From NCBI RefSeq assembly GCF_964194025.1, contig NC_134469.1:57908001-57972000 (forward strand): a stretch of 64,000 nucleotides of DNA, in the 5' to 3' direction. A model generated the notes under the pieces. It saw nothing but the letters and a program-made list of their open reading frames with translations. It was not told where the DNA came from and did no database searches. Of this stretch, positions 11,611 to 24,560 are shown in pieces. Position numbers and translations under genes: made by a program. Each line of letters starts with the position of its first letter. The stretch's first letter is position 1. The stretch comes from Convolutriloba macropyga. Its lineage: Eukaryota.

Positions 11611-12136
11611 ACATCGCCTTGAAAGCAAACCAAGTTGTCAAACTAGCCCTCTGATTTACCGTGCAATTGCCGAAGGTTGATATTTAGTTGATATATGAGT
11701 CAGCCTCAGAAAAAAAAGAGAAGTTAGAAAGGCCTTCCGAAAAAAGAAAAGAAAAACGGTTTCGATTTTTTCGGACTGCACAAAAAAAACCTAAAGTGTG
11801 AATCAAACAGTCTAACTCATTTTTTGAGTAAGATTTTGAAATTGTCTCAAAATTTTTCTTTTCGAATATATTATATCTGGAGTCTGGAATCAATAAGAGT
11901 TACAGAAAAAAGTTCGAAACAGGTTTCTTTAAAAATAGAAAACACTTATTACAAAATCCCAAGAACACCTCCGATAAAGAAAGCAAAACACATAAAACAA
12001 CTTCCCAACTAGAACAAAGCTTTGATTTTTTGAAAGATTTGCAAAACGATATATATAAAATATAGCCTTCAGCAGAAAAAAAGCAAAAAGTTTTCCCCTG
12101 TTAACTTTAAGAACCGTTTAATTTTTTCCTTGTCCG

Positions 12137-12318
12137 CGGTCACAAACGTCACCGAGAAGAAGTCCCTATTCCCCTGCTGGTCTCAGTAGTCACCAATCAG
12201 AAGAACAAATTTTGCACGGTTCCAGTAGTTACCGAGAAGAAATCGATAATTTTTACTGGTTTCAGAAGTCACCATTGTGAAATGAGAAGCCTTTTCTTTT
12301 TGGTATCAGTAGTCACCC
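12137..12318 (+). repeat. Cluster 2 of the 18-nt NGGT-N10-ACCN' hairpin motif (5 copies)
   Basis: CGGTCACAAACGTCACCG at 12137, TGGTCTCAGTAGTCACCA at 12178, CGGTTCCAGTAGTTACCG at 12217, TGGTTTCAGAAGTCACCA at 12257, TGGTATCAGTAGTCACCC at 12301. Confidence 0.85.
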
Positions 12319-12927
12319 CATTTAGAAGATTTCAATTAATTCAAGAAGAGCAAAACATCTCTCAAGAACCTCAAGCAGTTCTACACAGTAAAGTCTTTAG
12401 TGGGTTTTCCTAAATCAACACAGAGACAACTCAACAACCAACGTTTTTTCTTGTAACCCTCGTTGCCTAGTCGCTCCGCAAAAAAAAAAAGAAAAAAAAA
12501 TATATATATTTTTAGCAACCTCCTTTTGGGCTTCTCGTAAAATTAAAACAGTAGAACTAATTGTTTTTGCTTACATTCAGGGAGAAAGCACAAACCATTA
12601 CAGTCATTGTCCGAAGAAAAAAAACTATTTGAAAACAAAAAAGAAAATCTATTCGTAGCAGTTATTTGGTCCTGCAAAAAAAAAAGACGATAAACGTTCG
12701 AACGATTTTTTTTTCTTTTTTAGCAATTAAAATCTACTATAATTAGCACCACCACAACCTTAGGATTCTTGTTTTTGAAAATATTTGCGTCGCTGAACTT
12801 TTATAGGAAATTTTTGGCTGATTAGCCAAATTAGATTTTGACATCAAAAGTTCGTCGCTCCGGTTTTTAGCCGTTTTCATTTTAACCTGAAACACAAGCA
12901 TAACAACAACAACAACAGAGATCAAAG

Positions 12928-15900
12928 ATGTCGCAAAGGAACAACGACGAGTGTCAGTTTGCAGTGAACATGTTTAAATCAACGGAAAGTTCTTTGAAAA
13001 GCCAGCTTGATTTGTTGCAAAAGGCAATAGACGATAGAAAGAGCTTCCGATCATTAAATCTACTGATAAGCAGAGCCAAAACGCTGCAAACAGAATTGGA
13101 CAAGAAGACAGAAGCAGTGTTGAGGGCGAAGCCTCACCAGAGTACAGCAACTTCGATTCTCGACAGACAGAAAGCCCTAACATCCAGACTGCAGCAATCC
13201 GAACTGGAAGTTGACACATTGGACGATGATGGTCTATTAAGCCAGTCTTCAACAAGATTTCGCGATGACGTCACAATTCCTTCTCGCCCAAGCAGCCGAC
13301 GACTGGATTCAGAACGATCAACACCAACACGCAATGTTATCGTTGAGCAAGCAGCCAGTTCACAAACGAACGACACAACAGTCTTCATTAATCCACCGCC
13401 CATTCCTCCAAGACCAATCAAGCCACCACTATTCCTGAACAACCAGCAAATCCAGGATCCTCTTATTAGCCATTTGATAAATCAACAACAAAATTTCCAT
13501 CAACAGAACAGAAACCAGTTTGTTGACTCCAACTCAACACATCATGCTAGTCATTATCAACCAACGGCATCAAACACCCTAGAACAACCCAATGCTAATC
13601 ATCAACAAGAAATCTTAACTTTGCCGCCTCTCAACATGTCAAACTTGGATCATCAGTTGAACCAAGAACCCAATTTCCTAACGGCAAAGGATTTAGAATT
13701 CAGCGGTTCTCAATCCAATCAAAAGCAGTTTGTTAACCGTTTCAGTTTATCTTTGACCCCTGAAAGTCAGAGAGGCTTCCGAAACGTCAACGTACCTTGT
13801 CTAGCCCTTCAAGATGAAGGTGGAAACCCATTCCTTGGCAGAGCAATTATTGACAAGCCTCTTAATCATGGACCTGAATACGTGACAATAGATCAAAACC
13901 CTCACTCATCTAAACAAAACTACGTTCAGCCTATGCATTATTGTTTCACAAACAATCTACAACCAACAACAGCTGCAAACGTAGTTTCGGATGTCCAGAG
14001 CTATTGTTTTTCAAAAGAACAAGATGTTCAACTCAAACCTCAAAAGTCTGAAAACAGTTTTGTGCAACGTGTCAGTTCTTTCAACATCGGTCCCAATGAT
14101 CCTGTAAAAAACACAACCTTGACAAACAGCTTCCCAATTCAGGGTTTAGCAGTTCAAAGGCCTCCTGTTTACCCATATACTACCCCAGCGCAAGCAAACA
14201 TCCAGCCAGTGCAGAGCGATCTACAACTTCTTACAACGCATCCCACAACCTCTCAAGAAGCGAACAATCCAGTCCATAGCTTCAATCCGGCTACTCAAAC
14301 CAGTATGGTGGATATTGGTCAGAACAACACAAACGCTTATTTATCATATCCTTTACCCATTAAGAACATGGCAGCTGAACCCGCTGTAAATCAAAGTCAT
14401 TCAAACGACGAAATTTAGCAGTTGCGACCTCCCCCTCTACCTAATCTTTATCCAACTAACATCTTGCCAACTTCAAGCGTAAGGCAGCATCAGGCTCCAG
14501 TGTTTGCTACAGCTGGACAATTTATCCCCTCAATGACCAATAGTGAACTTCAGCCAACATCTGTCGACCTAAAATGCTCGATCAAATTACCGCCATTAAA
14601 ATTGCAAAATTTTAATGGTAACCCCATGCACTATCTCGAGTGGATAAATAATTTTTTCTCAATGGTTCACAATAACATTTCAATTACTGACACACACAGA
14701 ATAACCTACCTACAGAATTCAGTGTCGGGTAAGGCAAAGGATCTGATACATGCTTACTCTTGTGATCCATCCTATTATAATACAGCCCTCAACGAGATAA
14801 TGAGCCGCTTTGGCGACCCTTCAGTTGTTGTCAACGCTTTTATCAACCAATTAGAGAGCTGGAAATGTAACATTTCTTACAACAAGCAATCCTTCATAGC
14901 ATTTTCTTCATTTCTAAAGAGACTAGTCCAGGCTTTTCAGAACCTAGGTTTTCAAGCCGACCTTCAATCGTCTACTTTATTGAGGAAAGCGAAAGAAAAA
15001 ATTCCCCACAATTTGCTTCTTAAATGATTTGAATACACCCTGACAGAGAATGTTACAACAACTACCCTTGTTGAGTTTCAAAAATGGCTTGATGTTCAAG
15101 CAAGGGTTTATGACAAAGTAAACCAGGAAAATAGAACCAGTACCTTCACTCACAACAAAAACGGTAATTATCCTGCTGTGACAGCACAACAATCGGTTCA
15201 AGAACAGTTTAAGCAAACAACTGCAAGACAGTCTCAAAGGAACGATTTAGATCAAGGAAAGGTTAATCACAACGGCTCGAAAAATGAGCAACAGTTTGCA
15301 AACAAGCACACAAATTGTGTTCAATGTCACAAACCGCATTTTGTTGCAACTTGTTCAGACTACCATAAATTGTCCCCTGAAGGTCGATTTCAAACTATCC
15401 AGAAAAATAGCTTGTGTAAAAACTGTCTAAGTAATCAACATCGCAGAGACACTTGTCCCTTCTCGAAGCGTTGTCAAGTGTGTAATGGTTTTCACCATAC
15501 AACACTACATAATCCAGCTAAACAATTCAGCAGAACACATGCCGCTTTTACTACCAGCAACGTCCAACAGCAAACTAAAACCCCAGGTCAACAAAATTGG
15601 TCATCGAAAGACGACAACAACTCACAAACGCAAAAAAGTATTGAAGCAACTCAGAATAAATTAACACAATTCAAACCCAAAAGCAATCTCAGGTATGGAA
15701 AAAATTTCGGAAATAATAATAATCAACAGTCATCGAAACATGCGAATTTGAATGGACCTTCTACCAGCCAAAATTTCAATGTCAACCAAATATCCAGTAC
15801 ACCGAAATATTGGTTTGAGCAGTTACTGCTGCTGCCAGTATCCTTTATCAAAGAAGATAAAGTATTCGACACGTATGCTCTCATTGACCCCGGCAGTCAG

Positions 15901-18900
15901 TTTACGTTTTTATTAGATGCTGTTTCTGACTACCTGGAACTCCCACGCGAATATCAATCTTCAACTACTGTTCAATATCTAAGCGTTGATTACGAAATGC
16001 CCCTATCAAAAATAAAGCAACCAATAACAGTTTGCCCTTTCAATCAGTTTGATGAAAAGTTCCAAATATCCAGAGCCTACAGCACCCCTACATTAAACGT
16101 TAATGCAGCCAATGTCACTGAGCTTAACTATGTTTGCGATGCATTCAATGAACTTCGACACATATATTTCCCAGACATTGCCGAAGGTAAGATTGGAGCA
16201 CTCCTTGGTGTCAATGCTTTTGCCTTTACGCATCCTACTGAAGTAATTCAAGGCACCGAAATCCGCCCCTTCGGAGTAAAGACAAAGCTGGGATGGACAC
16301 TTGCAGGAGAGTACCTGAACACACTACGAAACTGCTCTTCAAAATCTTCTAATAAATCGAAAGTATTTGTATACCATGTCTGTCGGTAAAGTCCAGAACA
16401 ACCCTTGGACAATTTGATACAAGAATTTTGGTCAATAGAGAATGATGGTACCAGAAAAGAAGATAATACTATCACTGAAGATGAAAAGTCTGCCATTCGA
16501 ATACTTGAGAGTACTATCAACCACACAGGGGAAAGGTATGAAATAGGTCTTCCATGGAAAGTACCTGCCAATCTTCAAAATAACTATTTTTCTGCCCTCA
16601 ATCAGCTAAACAGTTTGAACAAACGACTTAATAATGATCCAAAACTAAGTGATATGTACCAACAGACTCTTGTCACAGATCTCGAGAAAAATTACGTCAA
16701 GCCAGTGGAAATGACAGACCCACCCCCTGAGAAAATATGGTACTTGCCGCATCACCCTGTTCAAAGCGCAAACAAACCAAACAAAGTGCGTCGTGTCGCC
16801 AATGCAGCGTCAAAATTCAAAGGCGAGTCACTAAATTCCAATCTTCTAACAGGACCAGACCTCTTAAACAGTCTAATAGGAATTTTGGTCAGATTTCGTT
16901 AAAAACCTATTGCTATTTTGGCAGACATTGAAGGAATGTTTATGCAAATCGGCATCCGAAATGAAGATCAATCTGCACTACGTTTCCTATGGTCTATTGA
17001 CAACGATGTGCGACAGTTTCAATTCACCAGATTGATTTTCGGTGCAACTTGCTCACCATCTTGTGCAATTTTTGTCTTAAACAGATGCGCAGAGGACAAC
17101 GTCGAGACATATCCAAAAGCACAGAGCGCTATAAAGTCTTATTTTTTATATGGATGACTACATCCAGTCCTTCGACTCTCCTGAAAATGCCAACGCGACT
17201 GCATTTGAAGTAAAGAACTGCCTGAGAGCCGGTGGTTTCCGCCTCACAAAATTCCTGTCAAATCATCAACAGGCTCTTCAGTGTATTACTCCAGAAGACC
17301 TCGAGGAGCCCAAGAGTGAAACAAGAGTCCTCGGACAAAAATGGAACCTTAAAAAAGATACATTTTTCATGAAATCCCTAGGAGAATTCCCTAAAGAAGC
17401 TGAACAATACACTCAACGGAAACTTTTCAGTCTGGTGTCATCGATTTTTGACCCAATTGGGTTTCTTGGCCCAATGACAATAAAGTTCAAAATTCTTCTT
17501 CAGCAGCTTTGGAAGTTAGGTAGAAAATGGGACGAGCCACTCCCAATTGAACTTCTACATCCCTTACAAAAGCTCCTTAACAGTTATCACTCTATGCCTC
17601 AACTTGAAATTCCACGACAGATGACAACACAGAATCTACTGGAGACAGAGAACCAGTTGCATGTTTTTGTTGATGCATCGATTGTTACAACGTGTGCTGT
17701 TGTCTACCTCAGGAGCTTGAATAAGACCAGCAACGAAGTACAAACTGCATTCGTGATCGGGAAATGCAAAGTAGCGCTCGTAAAACAGTTGAGCGTTCCA
17801 AATTTGGAACTAGAGGCATCTGTCACAGGTGTTCGACTCCTGAATTTTGTTAGACATGAACTCTCTGTTGAAATCAGCAATGTTTTTTATTGGACGGATA
17901 GTCAAGTTGTCCTTGACTGGATTGGTTCTTCCAAGAAGCAACCAGTTTTTGTTGCTAATCGCATTGCAGAAATAAAAGTAAAAAGCAAACCTGACAATTG
18001 GAACCATATTGCGACAAACTTAAACCCAGCAGATCACGGTACTCGTGGTTTAGAACCCAAGGAAATTGAAGCAAAATGGTTTAAGCCACCAGATTTTCTC
18101 AACACAAATGATGTCTTTTGTAGACCTACAAAGCAAATGCCGATTTGTGCTGCAACAACACGATCTGCCTTAAGAACCAAGAAACCATTACTCGACCCTA
18201 AACAGTTTTCAACATGGACAAAGATTTTGCTAACGATAGCTACTGTTTTCAATCTGATCTACAGAGCGAAAAAACAGCTTGACAATCACCATCAATACAC
18301 TGTTGAAGACATTGAATTATCAAAATCTTACTTGATACAAATGTCGCAAGTCAATAGCTTCCCAACCGTCATCGAGTTGCTAAAAAGTAGCCGTAAACTG
18401 GACCCGAAATTCAAACACAGGTCGTTAAACCCAATGCTTGATAAGAACGGTATATTACGCGTCTGTGGAAGGCTAATTTTTGCTCCCAGTGAACTCGAGT
18501 TGGCCAAGCGGCCAATACTACTTCATGCAAAAGATCACATTTGTCGTTTATACCTCGAACATGCCCATCGCATCTGTGTGCATCAGGGAACAGAAGCCAC
18601 TAAGGCTTTTGTACAGCAAAGGTACTACGTAATTGGTCTCCGCAGGACACTGCAGAGCATTAGATACAAATGCTTCCTTTGTCGACGTTTCGAACCGCAA
18701 AACATTGAGACTTTTATGGCACCGCTACCTGATTGCCGCTTCCCGACTGAAAACAAACAATTTACATTTGCCAACTGCGGATTAGACTTTTTCGGCCCAT
18801 TTTACATTGAGGAAGAAAAAGATAAGTTTCAGAAACACTACGGCCTCATCTTTACTTGTCTGGTAACGCGAGCTGTTCATTTGGAAACCTGTCCAGATTT

Positions 18901-19663
18901 GAATACAGACACTTTTCTGAACGCCTACCGCCGCTTCACTTCGCGAAGATGTCAGCCCGCTGATTTGTACAGTGACAACGGTAAGACTTTTCTTGGTGCC
19001 AAAGAAGAACTCAAAAGGTGTCTGAATGATCTCGACAAGGATAAAATTCACAAAGCACTTGCAGCACAGAACACCAAGTGGCAGTTCAACCCACCTTATG
19101 GCCCTCATTTTGGAGGCGCTTGGGAGCGGCTGATCCAGAGTGTCAAGCGGACGCTCCTGATCATTCTAGGGTCAAGAAAGTTTACTTTTGACGTTTTCCA
19201 CACAATCATGGTTGAAGCAGAAGCTATGATGAACTCCAGACCACTTACAAACGTGTCGGACGCCATGGAAAACGAAGAACCATTGACGCCAAACCATTTT
19301 TCACTTCAACGTCCTTACAACTCTCTTCCCCCTGGTATCTTCCCGTCAACCAAGCCAGCTAACATGAAGTCTTGGAAAAATGTTCAACAATTCCTCAACC
19401 ACATCTGGAGGAGACTGGTCCGGGAATACCTACCGACCTTGATAAAGCGACCAAAATGGACCGAAAACGCCGGGAATTCACTCAAAGTCAACGATGTGGT
19501 GTGGATCCTGAAAGACTTCACCCCACGTGGTATTTGGCCTCTGGGAAGAGTAGAAGAAGTGTTCCCTGGACGAGATGGTAACAACAGAGTAGTTAAAGTG
19601 AAAACGGCTTACGGCACCTTCGTCCGCCCCGTGTCCGGTCTCGCCCGTGTTTTCGCTGATTAG
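12928..19663 (+). pseudogene. BEL/Pao gag-pol polyprotein (~2240 codons), disrupted
   Basis: ORFs starting at 12928, 14422, 15178, 16405 and 16918 share one frame, separated by stops at 14416, 15025, 16387 and 16900. An extra T in the run at ~17142-17147 splits the (F)YMDD motif. Motifs: DUF1759-like KLPPLKLQNFNGNP, three Cys/His knuckles (CVQCHKPHFVATC, CKNCLSNQHRRDTC, CQVCNGFHHTTLH), protease ALIDPGSQ, RT YLPHHPV/ADIEGMF/YMDD, RNase H HVFVDAS, integrase H-H-CFLC plus GLDFFGP/SDNG, and a C-terminal WPLGRVEEVFPGRDG segment. Confidence 0.95.
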
Positions 19664-19828
19664 CTTTTTTGTTGATATTTTTTGCGCTCCGGTTTTAGGC
19701 AAAGGGGGTTGCATATAGTTTTATTCAATTTAATTTGGGTTTATGATTTCTAACTGGAATTGGAAACATATTTATTTGGTGGATTTATTCGTGTTTTATC
19801 CTCTTATTCCTGTTGCCCCCGTGGAGCA

Positions 19829-19992
19829 TGTTGCGGATGCAACTTCAAGATGGCTAAATATGGAAGTTAAGATGATTTGCCGCAAAAAACTTGACTTTAT
19901 GTCCCACATTGATAACTGTCAGTTACCAAAAACATGGAAACAAAACATCTGAATTGGACTTTTTCAATGCTAGAAATATGTTTTTCACTACA
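19829..19992 (+). repeat. 3' LTR (164 bp)
   Basis: Direct repeat of 9699-9862, followed by the TSD TTAGC. Confidence 0.95.
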
Positions 19993-21699
19993 TTAGCTAT
20001 CGATAGACTTTAGAAATTTTAAAGGTAAAATGTATGCAACCGATTCTCGGTTGAAAAATAAGAAACTTCCACAGTTCTATGTCGTTTTAGCCCCTTTCGG
20101 AGAAAAAAATCTGAAACTTTAGAAATATGAAAAATTTCTCAGAAGATTACAAAAATCATCCACAAAACTTCGAGGTTTTTCAAATTTAATCACGGTTATG
20201 AATTGTCTTTTACTTTGTATTTTACAGATAAAACATATGCTTATAAATATTTGAGTAACTATTAATTAAGTTCTATAAAGCTGCTGTTTGGTTTTTTAAG
20301 CGTAAAACAAGGAGGCTCGTTAATGCGCGTTTGCACATGATGTTCCGACCCGCGCTCATCTACATTTTTGACTCAACTGTCTTTTGACTTACATTTCTGA
20401 CAGAGATAATCAAAAATAGATTTTCGAGTTTTAAAACAATCGTTGCACAACCAAACTAATAATTGAATTAAATAATGCCATGCCTCATTACAACGAGATT
20501 TGCATTGAAAAGACTACGAGAAAAAACAACAAAAACAAAAGAGCAAAAAACAAAAATTTCAGACAAAACCATAACAACACAAATTTATTTTTTTCCTAAA
20601 TACACAGCAGATGGGATTTTTCTTTAATGAGAATAGGTAACGCGAAATTCAAGAATTAATCTGCCTTTTTTAAACCAAATAATTTCAAGTCTTAAAAATC
20701 ATTAGCTTTTAATAAAATAATTCTTATTAAATTTACTAAAAAGTCATAGTGAAACCAATAGGACCTGTTTTTGGTTAGACTAAGCCATTGGAATGGACTA
20801 TAGATGTTGAAAAACTCAAAAAAAGACTAACAACAAAATAAAAACATTGCGAAAACACAAATTAGTGAAGCCATCATAGTGAAAATCATTAGCAATTATC
20901 TAAGTGTTATGTATTTTTAATGCAAATTCTATTTATAGTAATTCAAGTAAATTATACTGAATGAATAAATAGGTTCAATTGAGCCACTTTTGAAAATCAT
21001 TGGGATCTCTTGTTACGCGATTGTGCTCAAACAGGAGAAAAAGAAACACAAAAACAGCACTCACATAATTTTATGGATACTGTTCAACAAACAAAACATT
21101 AGTTACGTCTTAGTATACGTATAAATGTTATGTTTTAAATTAGGGAATTGTATGGGAGCTCTCAATGATGAGACAAATTTACAAGTTGACGATAACCACA
21201 ACAAAATCTGAAAAATTGAAAAACCCTTAAAATCAAAAAAATGTATAATATTATAAACTTTAAGACCGTTCGCTATAAACTGACTGCTTTGGTTATCATT
21301 ATTCAATCAATCATCTTTTACAAGCTGACTTACACCATTTTACGGCTACCTAAAGAATAAGAAAAACAGGCTAACACAGCAAATTCAAAAAAAAATTGAG
21401 CGAGAAAAGTGACGAAGCCATTAAAAAAATGAGCTTTTCAGTAAAAACTTTTCTTCTTTCAATTACTTTTTTACAGCTTTGGGGTTCTTCTTTTTAACAA
21501 TTTTACTCCAATGAATCAGCGAACATGAACAAATACATTAAAACAACGAATTTTTTGAGAAAATCCGTATTATCAACGTGATTAAATTCAATGACTTTCA
21601 ACGGAAGCTAGAAAATACACTAAGTTAAGCCTCGATGAGAGAACGAGGACGTTCGTGATTCAATACTCATCAATAAGGTATTAAAAACCATTGACAATG

Positions 21700-22640
21700 A
21701 AAACAACAACAAATAGAGGCAAAATCTAAAAAATAAGTAGAGAAGTGCGAAAAGAAAGTGTCGAAGCCATTTAAACCATTAGCGTTTCTCAGACAGCTTT
21801 ATTTTGATGTAAATTCCGTTGAACAACTGCTCTCAGCCAATGCAATTATCAATTTTAGAATAATGTGTTGAGATTCGAAGAGGAACAAAAATTACTACAA
21901 AATGTTCAGAAAATTAAAAAAAAATATATGAAAACTCGTGCATCGAAGTCATAACACCAATAGTTAGAACATAAACCGCTAATTAGATCAATTCTGTTTG
22001 AAATAGAAAAGAAGATTCTGATAATTACTGAGACTGACATACATTTCACAAAATAAGGGTTAAGACCGTTTAATGTTAAAAAAAATTTCCCGAAGAATCT
22101 TTTCTAAAGACTTAACAGGCATTATATTCAATAGCATTCAAGGGAAGTCATTAAATACGCTCAGTTACCCCTCAAAAAATAAAGATATTTCACATGCATA
22201 GGTGATCAATAAATTGTCACAATAAGTCTGATGACTATGGAAACAACAATAAAAACAGGCGAAAATCAAAAATTCAGGGGAAAAGTTCGCGAAGAAAGTG
22301 TCGATGCGCTTTAAATCATTAGTTTTCCTAAAGAACACCTTCTCTAAGCCAACAGGATATATCTATGTCAGGAAAATGTGATAAAATTTGTGGAGGGACC
22401 AATAATAAGAAAATATCCAGAAGTTTTTAAAGAAAATTTTGAAAACTTGTTGCATTGAAGTCATATAACAAATAGTCAGAAGTTAAAACCACTAACCAGA
22501 TTAATTTTGGTTAGAGTAGAAATTAAGGGTAACTGTAAGTCAGCTAATTATTAATTAGACTGACTTACAACTCACAAAATGAGTTTACGGTCGGTTAATA
22601 TTTATAAAAACTTCTCGAAAATTTTTTTTTTAAGTCTTAA
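21700..22640. repeat. Old diverged tandem duplication, period ~540 bp
   Basis: gaaaacaacaacaaatagaggc...aagaaagtgtcgaagcc (21700) versus ggaaacaacaataaaaacaggc...aagaaagtgtcgatgcg (22239). Related motifs at ~20865, 21405 and 22800. Confidence 0.55.
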
Positions 22641-24551
22641 CAGCCATCAACTGTCCACTCAAAGCTCTAGATAGGTTCAATTAATGCTCATTACGAAACC
22701 TAGTACACTTTTAATAAACGAGTCTGTGCCATAGGACTTCAAAAATTTCGTAAAACATCAAAAAGAAAATCAAATTTTTATTTAAATTTACGAAAACTCA
22801 AGAGTCGAAGCCAAAAAAAAAGACGAGCGATTCCCTGAAAACGATTTTTTTTCGTTGGGCTTAATTAGACTGTAGAGCAAGTTTTTCATTAACAGAGAAT
22901 TGTTATCAAAAGTGACTATTCTCTCAGTGACTTAACAAAACAGAAAAATGAAAAGTTTTCTAAAAAAGAGGTTTCAAATAGAATTCTAATTTTTTTGATA
23001 GTAAACTTCCCTATAAGACCAGAACTAGTCTTTTTATCGTTTTTCGTCTATTTGGAACTCCAAATACTTTTTGTGGCTTGAAATGTAATTTTCAATCAAA
23101 ATTGATATGAAAAATGTCTTAATTTGAAGAAAAATTACACTATAAAAGTGAACAAATTCAAGTCAAATATCAGGTCAGAACTGCCTGTACCACAGAAAAA
23201 AAATCAACTAATCCAGCTTTTTTTGCTGTGGAGAAGATCATCTTCTTACGCTTTTTTAAATAAAGAAATTGATTTTAATGTTTTCTTATTTTAATGCCAT
23301 TTTCATAAATGGGGAAATTACATGAAATTGGAGCCCTGAGATAAGTTTAAGGGAGTCCACGGCATGTCCGATTACAAAGTCGCTTCGATTAGACATTAAA
23401 TTTCTAATTTGTGTTTTTTTTCAGACAAAACGAGACCGCAGTTTTGTAGTGCCCAAGTGGAACGTAATTGGTCGCTATTTAAAACTATTATGATTATAAA
23501 AATTGAATCTGACAACAAAATTGAGTATCATTTCTAAGGTATTTTATTCGTAGAGCTTTTTGATGCCCAGTGATCGTTAAAGATAAAAATTGCAGTTACT
23601 TTTTATGTGCAGTTTTCTATTGATATACTTTGGTGGCCAAAGATCAGTGTTGGGACACTATCTGTCACGCGAATCTTTTTCAACCTTTTTTTTATATAAT
23701 TAGTTTGTGTTTTGATAATGTATTCAGCTTGTGTATTTACATACTAGAGATCTAATAAACCCAAACCCAAATCCAACTACAGTGCAGATAATCTCAGCGC
23801 TTCATTAGTTGATGAACAAATTTTTTCCCATCAAATTGTATGTCATTGTTATTAGGCAGTTTTTCAGCCGTACTTGTTTTGATAACAATAAATCTCGCCC
23901 CTTTCAAATGTTGGCAGCAATTCAAATCCTGTGAGTTTAATCTTATTGTCAGAAATAACCTTTTGACGTAGAGCAACTTCAAGTCAGCACAACCTCTTTT
24001 CCATTGTTTGAGTTTCATGAGCTGGTGGAGAAACAATAGCACTGTAATTGATATGCTACAACAAACATATGTAAGGTATAATGTGTACACTGTGCGTGCG
24101 CGATGGAAAAGAGAGTGTGTGTGCAAAACACAGCCTGTGGTAGTTTGTTCAAATTGATTTTTAAGTGCCTGACGTCAATTTTTTACAAATTATTTTACTC
24201 GGGACATTATAAAATTTTGATGACTAAAATTTTTGTTGTATCTCAATTAAATTAGAACCGCGTATAACTCCATCGAGTTGAGGGTATATATACATATATT
24301 ATTATTGTTGTTCAAAGAGTATATCAGACTCGTATTTTGGTAATTGGCTGAAGTTCGCCGCCAGTATATATTTTACAATTGCCATAACTTGCAATGCGAT
24401 CTAATTCAACCCAACATGACCCGTCCTATATTTAAAGTACCATTTCAAATATCACCAGTTTCTAGTTTGCACTTGTAAGCGAGCGGCCTTTTAACCCAAC
24501 CCGGCGTTCCACGCAACTGTTAATGGAACCGCATTGAAATAGACTAGTTAC

Positions 24552-24560
24552 CCGGAAGTG
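24552..24560 (+). promoter_or_regulatory. ETS-type CCGGAAGTG site in the putative iGluR upstream region
   Basis: Consensus match ~920 bp upstream of the ATG in locally less AT-rich, non-repetitive DNA. Motif match only. Confidence 0.2.

Larger units (their letters stand above)
9699..19992 (+). mobile_element. Full-length BEL/Pao LTR retrotransposon
   Basis: TG...CA LTRs at 9699-9862 and 19829-19992. 5-bp TSD TTAGC at 9694-9698 and 19993-19997. Domain order Gag-PR-RT-RH-IN with BEL-type motifs. Confidence 0.97.

Noticed and set aside
9973-12318. BEL leader hairpin clusters as a CRISPR array or coding repeat
   Set aside because: The repeats are only 18 nt and degenerate, the spacings do not keep a reading frame, and no cas genes are present. 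Kept as a structural-motif finding instead.
12974-19714. Minus-strand and alternate-frame ORFs within the BEL element
   Set aside because: Shadows of the gag-pol frame with no recognisable motifs.
19664-19828. env gene in the BEL element
   Set aside because: Only 165 bp lie between the pol stop and the 3' LTR.
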